Assembly (NCBI GenBank): GCA_964634945.1
Contig: CAZWMG010000006.1
Location: forward strand, 736 to 64,735
DNA length: 64,000 nucleotides
Reading direction: 5' to 3'
Source: an uncultured Planctomycetia bacterium
GTDB taxonomy: Bacteria > Omnitrophota > Gorgyraeia > JABMRG01
Position 1 is the stretch's first letter. Each line of letters opens with the position of its first letter. Shown here piece by piece: positions 56,012 to 64,000 of this stretch. The position numbers and the translations under genes were made by a program. The notes below the pieces were generated by a model. That model had not been told where the DNA came from. It worked only from the letters and a program-made list of their open reading frames with translations, and made no database searches.

Positions 56012-57183
56012 ACCCTCTCGTAAGGCTCAAAAAGCTTCTTATACTCATCAAGCGCGTATCTATCTGTCATACCTGCTATATAATCACATATGATCGCCCT
56101 GCGCGCAGAGTCATCCTTCGCCCTTTCATAATAGCTGCTTGGCAAAAGACGTGGCTCATCAAGATAAACGTTAAAAAGTTTCACAATAAAACGCTTTGCC
56201 TTATTTGCCATACGCATCACTCTATAGTGTTTATAAAAATTCTTTAAGAGAAAATCCCGTAAAACCACCTTCTGAGAATTTAATGACGATGAGAAATCAA
56301 TTATCTTGACATCACATTTTCTGGCCTTTTCAACAGAATCTATATTGTACTTTTTTATGCGCTTCTCAGATTCACCTATAAGGTCTGTTACAAGCCTGTT
56401 TATGAGCGCCCTGATAGCCTGGTACCTTCTCTGTTCAGTGTCCATGGGTTGTCGCAGATTCTTTGTATCCAGGCTTAAGCCCTTCCATATCTCAAGTTTT
56501 TCAAGTAAGGGCTCGGATAATATCCTGCTCGTAAGCCCATCATCAAGATCGTGGCTGAAATACGCTATCTCATCCGCCACATCCACAATCTGAGCCTCTA
56601 GCGTAGGGAACTGCTTCAGATCAAATTCTTCTGTCTTAGGAGGATTATCAAAAGAGCTGCTGTGCCTGGCAATGCCTTCTCTGACCTCAAAGGTAAGATT
56701 TAAACCCGCAAACTCAGGGTAGCGCTTCTCCAGCAAATCAATGACTCGCAGACTCTGCATATTATGGTCGAACCCGCCAAAGGGCTGCATAAGCTCATTT
56801 AATATCTCTTCACCTGAATGCCCAAAAGGGGTATGGCCAAGATCGTGCGCCAGGGAGATAGCTTCAACAAGGTCCTCGTTCAATGAAAGAGCGCGCGCGA
56901 TAGTACGGGCTATCTGCGCGACCTCTAATGTATGCGTTAAACGTGTGCGGTAATAATCACCTTCATAATTTACAAAAACCTGTGTCTTGTATTCCAAGCG
57001 CCTGAAAGCGGTAGTATGCAGGACCCTCTCCCTGTCCCTTTGATACATAGAACGATACGGGTGCTCCTTCTCGTTATGGCTCCTGCCTTTACTAAGGGGA
57101 GAGCTCATCGCGTATGGAGCAAGAAGAGATTCTGAATGAATTGAACTTAGGGCCTTACTAGGCATTTTTTCGTAACCTTTCAT
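56008..57183 (-). CDS. dgt: dGTP triphosphohydrolase-like HD-domain protein
   Basis: 'RTRLTHTLEVAQIAR...ISLAHDLGHTPFGHSGE' is the dGTPase HD motif. Confidence 0.8.
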   Translation of the reverse strand: MKGYEKMPSKALSSIHSESLLAPYAMSSPLSKGRSHNEKEHPYRSMYQRDRERVLHTTAFRRLEYKTQVFVNYEGDYYRTRLTHTLEVAQIARTIARALSLNEDLVEAISLAHDLGHTPFGHSGEEILNELMQPFGGFDHNMQSLRVIDLLEKRYPEFAGLNLTFEVREGIARHSSSFDNPPKTEEFDLKQFPTLEAQIVDVADEIAYFSHDLDDGLTSRILSEPLLEKLEIWKGLSLDTKNLRQPMDTEQRRYQAIRALINRLVTDLIGESEKRIKKYNIDSVEKARKCDVKIIDFSSSLNSQKVVLRDFLLKNFYKHYRVMRMANKAKRFIVKLFNVYLDEPRLLPSSYYERAKDDSARRAIICDYIAGMTDRYALDEYKKLFEPYERV

Positions 57184-57631
57184 ATAGGCAGGACAAAGAC
57201 TCTGATATTACCTTTACGTCGCCAAGTATCGGCATGAAGTTTGTATCGCCCTCCCAGCGAGGCACAATATGCATATGAACATGCCCGGGAAATCCCGCGC
57301 CGGATACCTTTCCGACATTAACACCTATGTTATAACCTTGGGGTTTTATAACCTTGCTTAAGAGGCTGGTCGTCTTATTGAGTAAGCGCATCAGATCCGC
57401 AGTCTCAGGCGCTGAAAGCTTTTCAAGGGATGACTTGTGCTTTTTTGGCACAACCATTATATGGCCATTGTTATATGGATATATATTTAACATTGAAAAA
57501 GAATGCCTTGTCTTTTCAATGACATAACTCTTTTTCATATCGCGCGAATCTCTTGCCTGGCAGAAGATGCACCCCTGCCTCTTTCGCTGGTAAATAAATT
57601 TGCTTCTCCATGGCGCCCATATGGTTTTCAT
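57158..57631 (-). CDS. HIT-family hydrolase
   Basis: 'FPGHVHMHIVPRW' is the histidine-triad HxHxHxx motif. Confidence 0.75.
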   Translation of the reverse strand: MKTIWAPWRSKFIYQRKRQGCIFCQARDSRDMKKSYVIEKTRHSFSMLNIYPYNNGHIMVVPKKHKSSLEKLSAPETADLMRLLNKTTSLLSKVIKPQGYNIGVNVGKVSGAGFPGHVHMHIVPRWEGDTNFMPILGDVKVISESLSCLYERLRKNA

Positions 57632-57649
57632 AAGCTACTCTCCGCGTTA

Positions 57650-57775
57650 AACTCGAAATCCTAAACTCTAAACAATGTCAAATGAACAAAATCCGAATAT
57701 CTAAATTTTTTGAATTTAGAAAATTAGAATTTTGAATTTGTTTAGGATTTAGATATTAGAGATTAGGATTTAACT
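57650..57775. repeat. MITE-like palindromic repeat, copy E
   Basis: 'aaatcctaaactctaaacaatgtcaaatgaacaaaatccgaatatctaaattttttgaatttagaaaattagaattttgaatttgtttaggatttagatattagagattaggattt'. Confidence 0.75.
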
Positions 57776-58596
57776 TTATCCTTTACCTTTTCGTGACTCA
57801 GCCTCTTCCGCGCTTCTTCAAAAAACGTCTCCGCGAAACTGCTATCCCAAACCCTCTGGTTGAAATCCCTTTTCTCAACCAGATCAAGAAAGCCCTTAAA
57901 ATCTTCATAATAGCTTCCATATATATGAAAACTGTCGGTAATATCCGTATGCCTTCCAACATCAATCTTCTTGCCTGTCTTTTCTGATATACGTTGCGCA
58001 ATCTCTCTCTGTAAATCTGTAAGCGCGAATATATTCATGAATGCCGCTTTGAACGCATCTCTGGAGCGCCAGTGCGTATTCATATTAAGAAGCAATCTAT
58101 TCTCCTGAGATGATATCCTAAACCATACCCTTTGCAGGCATGGCGGGTCATCTGTCGGTATGTCAAGTTTGGGATTCCATGTTATGGCCTGCGCTCTCCT
58201 TGAGTAACTACTTTCGCTAAGCTTGTTAACAATGTAATCCATCTGGTCGATTATATCTGTTTCACTTTTGTAGGAAAAGAGCCTCTGGTGGTATGTATAT
58301 GTCCATTTTCCTTCTTCAGGGGCTATCCAATGATCGTGAACCCCATCGACAACCTCCTGCCTGTAAACCTCGAGGTCATCAAGGCCGCCTGGAAACGCCC
58401 TATGTATGCGCGGCTCTTTAAACGGGGAGTTTATAACGATTATCATTGTAGCGTCTCTGCTTGGCGGATCATCGGGCTTATCATACTCTGTCCTTACCTG
58501 CGTGCCTTCTTTCCATGTCCTGATAACCGCTTCTTCCCATGCTTCAGGTAGGGTATCTCGCTGAACCTGGATTACCGGTATCCCCTCTGTCTTCAT
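57763..58596 (-). CDS. thymidylate synthase (ThyA) family protein, divergent
   Basis: 'AQAITWNPKLDIPTDDPPCLQRVWFRIS' parallels ThyA 'IISAWNP...LPPCHAFFQFYV'. 'HWRSRDAFKAAFMNIFA' corresponds to 'YQRSCD..LGLPFNIAS'. 'DSFHIYGSY' corresponds to 'GDTHLYSNH'. Confidence 0.55.
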   Translation of the reverse strand: MKTEGIPVIQVQRDTLPEAWEEAVIRTWKEGTQVRTEYDKPDDPPSRDATMIIVINSPFKEPRIHRAFPGGLDDLEVYRQEVVDGVHDHWIAPEEGKWTYTYHQRLFSYKSETDIIDQMDYIVNKLSESSYSRRAQAITWNPKLDIPTDDPPCLQRVWFRISSQENRLLLNMNTHWRSRDAFKAAFMNIFALTDLQREIAQRISEKTGKKIDVGRHTDITDSFHIYGSYYEDFKGFLDLVEKRDFNQRVWDSSFAETFFEEARKRLSHEKVKDKVKS

Positions 58597-59084
58597 ATTT
58601 CTAACCTCACAATTGTTGGAGTTATCTTCTCACCAATCTCTAGTATACCAAATGAATTGTATGGCGCAAAGACTTTTTCAGTAGGACTGCCCGGGCAAAA
58701 ATATAGTACATCATCTATATAATCTATCTTCGGGATATGTGTGTGGCCATATATTATGCAATCTAGCTTCTCATCCTTAAACATCTCCTTAACGTAATCT
58801 ATAAGCTTATCAGGCCCGCCGTAACCGTGGGCTATGCCAACCTTAAAAGAACCTAGTTCTAAGATCTTTTTTACGGGAAACCGCCTACTGATGATAGCGG
58901 TATCCATGTTACCGACAACTCCTTCTACCGGGGCTATCTTCTCAAGCTCTTCGATTACAGAGAGTTCCGTACAATCCCCCGCATGAATTATAAGGTCCAC
59001 GCCTTTTATCCCTTCAAGGAGCGTATTCGGGAGAGCGTTACATGTCGCGGGAATGTGTGTATCTGATATAACAGCTACTTTCAT
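58593..59084 (-). CDS. metallophosphoesterase (YfcE/MJ0936 family)
   Basis: 'MKVAVISDTH', 'IIHAGD' and 'IIYGHTH' match the calcineurin-like phosphoesterase motifs. Confidence 0.75.
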   Translation of the reverse strand: MKVAVISDTHIPATCNALPNTLLEGIKGVDLIIHAGDCTELSVIEELEKIAPVEGVVGNMDTAIISRRFPVKKILELGSFKVGIAHGYGGPDKLIDYVKEMFKDEKLDCIIYGHTHIPKIDYIDDVLYFCPGSPTEKVFAPYNSFGILEIGEKITPTIVRLEI

Positions 59085-59171
59085 AATATTGATCCTTTTT
59101 CTGTTGCCTCTTATGTCTTGTGCCTTGCACCTTGGGGCTCTTGCGCCTTACGCCTTGTGCCTTCGTATGCC

Positions 59172-60806
59172 TTAAGCTATAAGAGCGTTATACCCTTTAA
59201 AAAATTCAAAGAGCCTGGACATGTCTTTATCGGTCCAGACCCAAAAATGCTTCTGTTTCGCCAAAAGCCTTGCCGAGGAGCTTATATCTCTCGGCGCTAT
59301 TAATATGACCTTAGGCTTATCGTACTTGAGCGAGCGTATCTTTTCTGATAGGCCATAGACATCTTCTTCCGCGACCTCTTTGCTCGATATTATAAAAAGG
59401 CACTTCTTTTTCGCCCTCCCTGTTATCAAGAGGCTGTTTCCATCAAGCTGTTTAAACCGCATAGAGCTGACACGAGGAAGCACGCGGACCCTTTCATCAA
59501 TAAAAAATTGATCGTCATTAAAAGAGCTAATCAGCTCAATTATGCGCTTATCCAGGCTCTTCTTTCTTTCCGCGCAGGAGATAGCGATCCTCTCTTGTAT
59601 CTCATCAGCGTAATCCGCTCTATCCTGCTGCGGTATAAAATCAAAGCAGAGATTGCGCGGTTTTGATTTTACCTCTATCCATAACCTGAATACCGGATCC
59701 GTAATACTATAAAGGGCCCCGCTCTTTGAAACCATCCCGAGCTCTAATAGACTGTTAATTATCTTATTTAGCTCTGTCGCGGACATGGTGTTCTTGTTCA
59801 TTATATCCTTAATGCGCGCAGGAGAGGAAAAAGACGCCAATATATCCAGAACGTTTGTTTGTGGCGTTGCTGTGTTAATTGATGTAAGCATATTAGTAAA
59901 GAACTGGCCTATCGAGCCGCCGGGGTAAAAAAGAAGCTCCGCGATAATATTACTTAAGTTTTTAATCGCTATTCTCTCCGCGCCATAACCTCTGGCTGAT
60001 TTTATCTTATTTGCGATTGAACTTAAGTAGAAAGGGTGGCCACCGGTAAAAGTCAGTATAAAATCCCTGATATCATCTGAGAAGGCTATGGACTTACATA
60101 TTGAATGTAAAAAATCTCTCGCCTCTAACGGGCTAAACGCGCCTATATTAATTATCTTAAACCCGCCAAAAAGCAATGAAAGTTTTTCTGAAAGTATCTT
60201 CTTGGCGCAAAGAGTGTTTGAGCTTGAAAAAATAAAAAGCGTCTTCTGCTGCACCATTATCTTTTGACCTAGAATCCGGAAAGGCCGCTTAACGGGTAAG
60301 CCTGATATGAGGCTGAATTCATCAAGCACGATTATTGGAAAATATCCTGATTCCGCGTTTAAAATAACATTCAAGTCCCAAACCTCTGAAAACGCGTCAT
60401 CATAACTCTTCTCATCGATGAGCAGATTAACTCTTTTTATCAGATCGCAGCTCTTAGGAAATATATCCTTCGCGCTCCTGAGAAGGTATTGTAATTCATA
60501 TGATTTCTTAAGCCTCTTGCGCTTCTTAAGGCTGTGGTATAAAAGCCTAGTCATAACATTGTAAAGTAAATCTTTGATACCGGCGTTTTTCAGGTTTAAG
60601 TAAACAGGAAGGAGCTTTTTTGAGTTGTCTATCTTGCTCAAAAACTGCAGCAACAAAGAACTCTTGCCTATTAACCCGTTACCTATCAACGCTATGTTAT
60701 GACGATATCCATCCTGGAAAGCTGAGACATTTTCATGCAAGGACTTTAGGATGTCCTCTCTGGCAAAAAATTCTTTTCCAACTACAGGTTCTTCAATATG
60801 CATCAT
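59172..60806 (-). CDS. P-loop ATPase, archaeal-ATPase/AAA-like
   Basis: Walker A-like 'IALIGNGLIGKSSLL' and Walker B-like 'PIIVLDEF'. Long alpha-rich C-terminal region of 544 aa. Confidence 0.45.
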   Translation of the reverse strand: MMHIEEPVVGKEFFAREDILKSLHENVSAFQDGYRHNIALIGNGLIGKSSLLLQFLSKIDNSKKLLPVYLNLKNAGIKDLLYNVMTRLLYHSLKKRKRLKKSYELQYLLRSAKDIFPKSCDLIKRVNLLIDEKSYDDAFSEVWDLNVILNAESGYFPIIVLDEFSLISGLPVKRPFRILGQKIMVQQKTLFIFSSSNTLCAKKILSEKLSLLFGGFKIINIGAFSPLEARDFLHSICKSIAFSDDIRDFILTFTGGHPFYLSSIANKIKSARGYGAERIAIKNLSNIIAELLFYPGGSIGQFFTNMLTSINTATPQTNVLDILASFSSPARIKDIMNKNTMSATELNKIINSLLELGMVSKSGALYSITDPVFRLWIEVKSKPRNLCFDFIPQQDRADYADEIQERIAISCAERKKSLDKRIIELISSFNDDQFFIDERVRVLPRVSSMRFKQLDGNSLLITGRAKKKCLFIISSKEVAEEDVYGLSEKIRSLKYDKPKVILIAPRDISSSARLLAKQKHFWVWTDKDMSRLFEFFKGYNALIA

Positions 60807-61480
60807 GGTAGATAATAATATGGGTTTTTTGGTTCGTGACCTTTTCTTATCTCAAAATGGAGTGACGGCGTGGTGGCCCTGCCGGTATCTCCCCCTTTGG
60901 CGATTATCTGATTCTGCTCTACATGATCACCACAATCTACAAGGTTCGCCGCGTTATGCGCGTAGAGAGTAGAATAACCATTTTTATGTTCTACTATAAT
61001 AACCTTGCCCATGCCCTTGACTTTATCATCACAAAAGACAACCTTGCCTGACCTGGAAGCGACTATAGGCTGATTCTTCCTTACCTTTATATCTATTCCC
61101 TTGTTTTTTACTCCATCTATCTTTGAACCATAATATGATATGATCTTCCCTTTTAATGGCCAGATATAGCCCTTTTTACTTCTAACCGCCGCAGGGGCAT
61201 ATTGGTTGACCCTGACAGTCTTTTTAGCTCCGGGGATAAGGAGTTTTTGCCCAACAGCAATGTCTGAGGCATCAGGCATTCTATTGGCATCTATAATCTT
61301 CTTGATGTCAGTATGATATGCCTTAGCTATTCTCCATAGCGTCTCCCCTTTAAGTACCGTGTGATAGGCACCTTGAAAACGCTGGGCGGGTAAAGCCTTG
61401 GTAGTAATAGTCGGCGTAGATGTAGTAGCACACCCTGATAAAAGAGCTGTTAAAAATATTATGATCAATAAGTTTTTCAT
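60803..61480 (-). CDS. LysM-domain M23 peptidase lipoprotein (NlpD-like)
   Basis: Lipobox 'LLSGCAT'. LysM segment 'YHTVLKGETLWRIAKAYHTDIKKIIDAN...GQKLLIPG'. M23 segment 'GIDIKV...GKVIIVEHKNGYSTLYAHN...GDTGRATTPSLHFEIR'. Confidence 0.8.
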   Translation of the reverse strand: MKNLLIIIFLTALLSGCATTSTPTITTKALPAQRFQGAYHTVLKGETLWRIAKAYHTDIKKIIDANRMPDASDIAVGQKLLIPGAKKTVRVNQYAPAAVRSKKGYIWPLKGKIISYYGSKIDGVKNKGIDIKVRKNQPIVASRSGKVVFCDDKVKGMGKVIIVEHKNGYSTLYAHNAANLVDCGDHVEQNQIIAKGGDTGRATTPSLHFEIRKGHEPKNPYYYLP

Positions 61481-61491
61481 CTAGCTTTTGT

Positions 61492-61568
61492 AACCTTTTT
61501 AACCTTTGCAACCTTTGCAACCTTTGCAACCTTTTTAACCTTTTTAACCTTTGTAACCTTTGTAACCT
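61492..61568. repeat. tandem array of about 8.5 copies of a 9-bp unit AACCTTT[GT][CGT]
   Basis: 'aaccttttt aacctttgc aacctttgc aacctttgc aaccttttt aaccttttt aacctttgt aacctttgt aacc', immediately upstream of the nlpD-like start codon. Confidence 0.85.
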
Positions 61569-61678
61569 AATATGGAGCGGGCAGGCTTCGCTTTTAAAAC
61601 ACGTTTTATCGTGTCCAAGCTACGCCAGCCTATCCGGCGAATACACACCGGATTAGACTTATCAACAGCGAAGCAGGA

Positions 61679-61753
61679 TGGAGCGGGAGACGGGGTTCGA
61701 ACCCGCGACGTCAAGCTTGGGAAGCTTGCATTCTACCACTGAATTACCCCCGC
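61679..61753 (-). tRNA. tRNA-Gly (anticodon CCC), CCA-encoded
   Basis: Reverse complement is GCGGGGGTAATTCAGTGGTAGAATGCAAGCTTCCCAAGCTTGACGTCGCGGGTTCGAACCCCGTCTCCCGCTCCA. It folds as a cloverleaf with a 7-bp acceptor stem, a GGTTCGAA T-loop, and an anticodon loop 'TTCCCAA' carrying the CCC anticodon. Confidence 0.8.
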
Positions 61754-61859
61754 ACAAATCTCATCACGCGCAACGCCTTGGCATTTTTCACAAATAATTA
61801 TCTATTTCTTTGCAATCAAAGCAGGCAACTTGCATCTGCTCATATCTCTTGCCTCCACA

Positions 61860-61927
61860 GCGCAGGTATTTTTGCCATATATTTAAAATCCATGGCAAAA
61901 AAATCCAATGCGCTGTTAAAGGCAAAG
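61860..61927. repeat. conserved imperfect hairpin module (copy 2 of 2)
   Basis: 'gcgcaggtatttttgccat atatttaaaatccat ggcaaaaaaatccaatgcgc tgttaaaggcaaag'. The stems are identical to 39212..39279 and the loop differs. Confidence 0.6.
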
Positions 61928-62146
61928 ATATAAGCAGATAATAAAATAGTTTAGTTGCAATTGAGTCAAAATCTAAATAGTTGCTTGCGGCTTTGCCGGA
62001 GTAGTGCTTTGGCTTTTTTGCCGTAATTTAAAACTAACGGCAAAATACCAGCAATACGAAGGTAAGAGCCGCGAGCAACTATCCCTATATGCATAATCAA
62101 GATTTGTATTTGTTTTAATTGCAAGGAACCATATTATTGCGAAAGA

Positions 62147-63043
62147 TCAAAAACTACAAAGCTTCTTAAATAGCTTAAACCGCTTTTCAATGCTCTTATT
62201 GTTCTGCTTTGAAAGACTGCTTATATCATAACTCTCTACTGTAAAAGACGCCATTACGGTGCCGTAAGCGAGCGCCTTTTTAATGGCCGCGTCATTCATC
62301 TTTGGGGCCCTTGAAAGATAGCCTAAAAACCCTCCGGCAAAGGTATCCCCGGCGCCTGTCGGGTCATAGACATCCTCCATAAGATAGGCCGGAGAAGCAA
62401 AAAAAGTATCCTTTGAAACAAAGAGTACACCATCTTCTCCTTTTTTGATAACTATCTTCTTCGTGCCCCAGGAGATTATCTTTTTCGCTGCCTTTAGAAG
62501 GTTTCCTTCTTTGGTAAGCTGCCTTGCCTCATATTCATTAAGGATGACAATATCTATCTTCTTTAATACCCGCAAGAGAACACTCCTTTTATGCTCAATC
62601 CAGAGATTCATCGTATCTGCCGCTACGATCTTTGCCTTGGACTGTTTGAGTACATCTAGCTGCAGCTCAGGATCAATGTTCGCCAGAAATAGGATATCAT
62701 CCTTTATGTATTCTTTTGGCAGGACAGGTTTAAAATCCTTGAAAAGGTTTAAATCCGTAGCGAGTGTCTTGGCATTATCAAGGTCCCAATCATAGCTGCC
62801 CTTCCACCTGAAGGTCTTTCCCTTCTTTATCTCGAGGCCTTTAATATCCACATTCTTTTTCTTAAGAAGCGTAATATATTTTTTAGGAAAATCCTCTCCG
62901 ACAACAGCGACTAATTTTACTTTTGTGAAATTTGACGCACTTAATGAAAAGTACGTGGCTGAACCACCCGGGGCATTATGGTTTTTGCCAAAAGGCGTAG
63001 TAACATCATCAATAGCAACCGAACCTACTACAACTATTCCCAT
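62147..63043 (-). CDS. PfkB-family carbohydrate kinase (ribokinase-like)
   Basis: 'GIVVVGSVAIDDVTTPFG...GGSATY' N-terminus and 'DPTGAGDTFAGGFLGYL' (PfkB signature 2). The preferred ATG at 63043 overlaps the thiC stop by 1 nt (TAATG). Confidence 0.7.
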   Translation of the reverse strand: MGIVVVGSVAIDDVTTPFGKNHNAPGGSATYFSLSASNFTKVKLVAVVGEDFPKKYITLLKKKNVDIKGLEIKKGKTFRWKGSYDWDLDNAKTLATDLNLFKDFKPVLPKEYIKDDILFLANIDPELQLDVLKQSKAKIVAADTMNLWIEHKRSVLLRVLKKIDIVILNEYEARQLTKEGNLLKAAKKIISWGTKKIVIKKGEDGVLFVSKDTFFASPAYLMEDVYDPTGAGDTFAGGFLGYLSRAPKMNDAAIKKALAYGTVMASFTVESYDISSLSKQNNKSIEKRFKLFKKLCSF

Positions 63044-64000
63044 TATATTTTCTCCGATATTTTTAAGGGGCAGTATTCGCCGCACATTGTACAGAGGTCT
63101 TCAGACTCTGTCTTTAATCGTCTATGAATACCCTCCGCTCTTTCAGGATCCAAGGATGAACCGATATGGCCTTTCCAATCGCGTTTCCTACGAAAGATAG
63201 AGACCTTCCTGTCCCAGTCTATGGCCCCTTTAATACCTTTGGCTATATCCGCGCTATGAGCGGCTATCCTGTAAGCTATCAAACCATCCTTGACATCTTC
63301 AAGCGTAGGTATACTAAGATGCTCAGCCGGGGTCACATAGCAAAGATAATCAGCGCCGTGTAATCCCGCGAGTGTAGCGCCAATAACAGATGTGATATGG
63401 TCATAACCCGGCGCTACATCTGTGACCAGAGGCCCTAACACATAAAATGGGGCGTTATCACAATATTTTTGCTGCAATTTCATATTCTTCTCAATCTGAT
63501 TAATCGGTACATGGCCCGGCCCTTCTATCATAACCTGAACACCACAAGCGCGCGCCTTTCTGGCGAGCATGCCCAATATCTTAAGCTCTTCTATCTGTGG
63601 CTTATCTGTAGCGTCACAGACTGAACCGGGCCTTAACCCATCTCCTAGGCTCAAGGATATGTCATACTCCTTGGCGATAGATATGACCCTGTCGAAATCC
63701 TTAAAAAGAGGGTTCTCTTTTTTATTCTTCCTCATCCATTCCGCTATTAACGCGCCGCCTCTGCTAACAATTCCCGCGACACGGCCATATCTTTTTAAAA
63801 GGCTTATTACCTTTCTGGTAACACCGGCATGAATTGTAAAAAAATCCACGCCTTCCCTTGCCTGGGCTTCAATAACATCAAAAATTTCATCTGAAGAGGC
63901 GTTAAAAAATGATTTAGATGCTTCTCGTCTATTGACAGCTATCTCGTATAAAGGCACCGTACCTACGGGCAGAGGTGATTTTTTCAGGATAGCCTTTCTT
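63043..64000 (-). CDS. thiC: phosphomethylpyrimidine synthase ThiC, C-terminal part (N-terminus beyond window end)
   Basis: 'QVMIEGPGHVPINQIEKNMKLQ', 'DHITSVIGATLAGLHGADYLCYVTPAEHL' and the C-terminal 'CTMCGEYCPLK' metal-cluster motif are ThiC hallmarks. The frame stays open to the window edge. Confidence 0.85.
   Translation of the reverse strand, partial: RKAILKKSPLPVGTVPLYEIAVNRREASKSFFNASSDEIFDVIEAQAREGVDFFTIHAGVTRKVISLLKRYGRVAGIVSRGGALIAEWMRKNKKENPLFKDFDRVISIAKEYDISLSLGDGLRPGSVCDATDKPQIEELKILGMLARKARACGVQVMIEGPGHVPINQIEKNMKLQQKYCDNAPFYVLGPLVTDVAPGYDHITSVIGATLAGLHGADYLCYVTPAEHLSIPTLEDVKDGLIAYRIAAHSADIAKGIKGAIDWDRKVSIFRRKRDWKGHIGSSLDPERAEGIHRRLKTESEDLCTMCGEYCPLKISEKI

Noticed and set aside
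18560-57775. Possibility that the recurring ~150-bp repeats are a CRISPR array
   Set aside because: The copies are kilobases apart and separated by genes. They are internally palindromic, occur in both orientations and are far longer than CRISPR repeats. No cas genes are present.
61679-62146. tRNA-Gly as the attachment site of an integrative island covering the window
   Set aside because: No integrase or excisionase is present within the window. The only repeat is a 10-nt partial match, and the flanking genes (nlpD-like, PfkB, thiC) look like core genes.
62147-63085. Upstream start (MRRILPLKN..., 63085) for the PfkB gene
   Set aside because: The internal ATG at 63043 overlaps the thiC stop (TAATG), and the conserved PfkB N-terminus begins right after it. 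The 5' extension would overlap thiC by 43 nt.
63043-63957. Methionine at 63957 as the ThiC start
   Set aside because: ThiC proteins are considerably longer and the frame stays open to the window edge. I treat the gene as partial.

Overview
This window is a 64-kb segment of an AT-rich bacterial chromosome; GGAGG-type RBSs, outer-membrane barrels, lipoboxes and TIGR04073-like proteins suggest a Gram-negative, but no taxon can be assigned from sequence alone. Dense housekeeping genes (dus, EF-G, ychF, yajQ, aroB, dgt, thiC, one tRNA-Gly) are interleaved with accessory-looking content. The main accessory pieces are: (i) an AT-rich same-strand cluster at the left edge encoding a 5'-truncated SIR2-like protein, a polytopic membrane protein, a trypsin-like serine protease, a eukaryotic-like Ser/Thr kinase and a DUF134 DNA-binding protein, which is a candidate conflict/defence module; (ii) BrnT/BrnA and RelE/Phd toxin-antitoxin pairs plus a stand-alone LigD 3'-phosphoesterase, inserted next to a duplicated 3' end of dus; (iii) two adjacent giant signal-anchored proteins (1046 and 1313 aa) that share a Cys/His-rich module, one carrying a PPDK-type ATP-grasp plus phospho-His swivel domain and four tandem ~60-aa repeats, the other an MBL fold plus a cNMP-binding domain; (iv) a c-di-GMP-rich neighbourhood with a STAS-PilZ fusion, several PilZ proteins, two GAF-HD-GYP enzymes, an ECF sigma factor, TIGR04073-like paralogs and an ExeA/GspB-like pair; (v) a family of at least five ~150-230 bp palindromic MITE-like intergenic repeats, two of them inverted around GNAT-aroB, plus recurring conserved hairpin modules in three unusually long non-coding regions, a perfect 48-bp palindrome and a 9-bp tandem repeat array. 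All calls are by-eye motif recognition without database searches.
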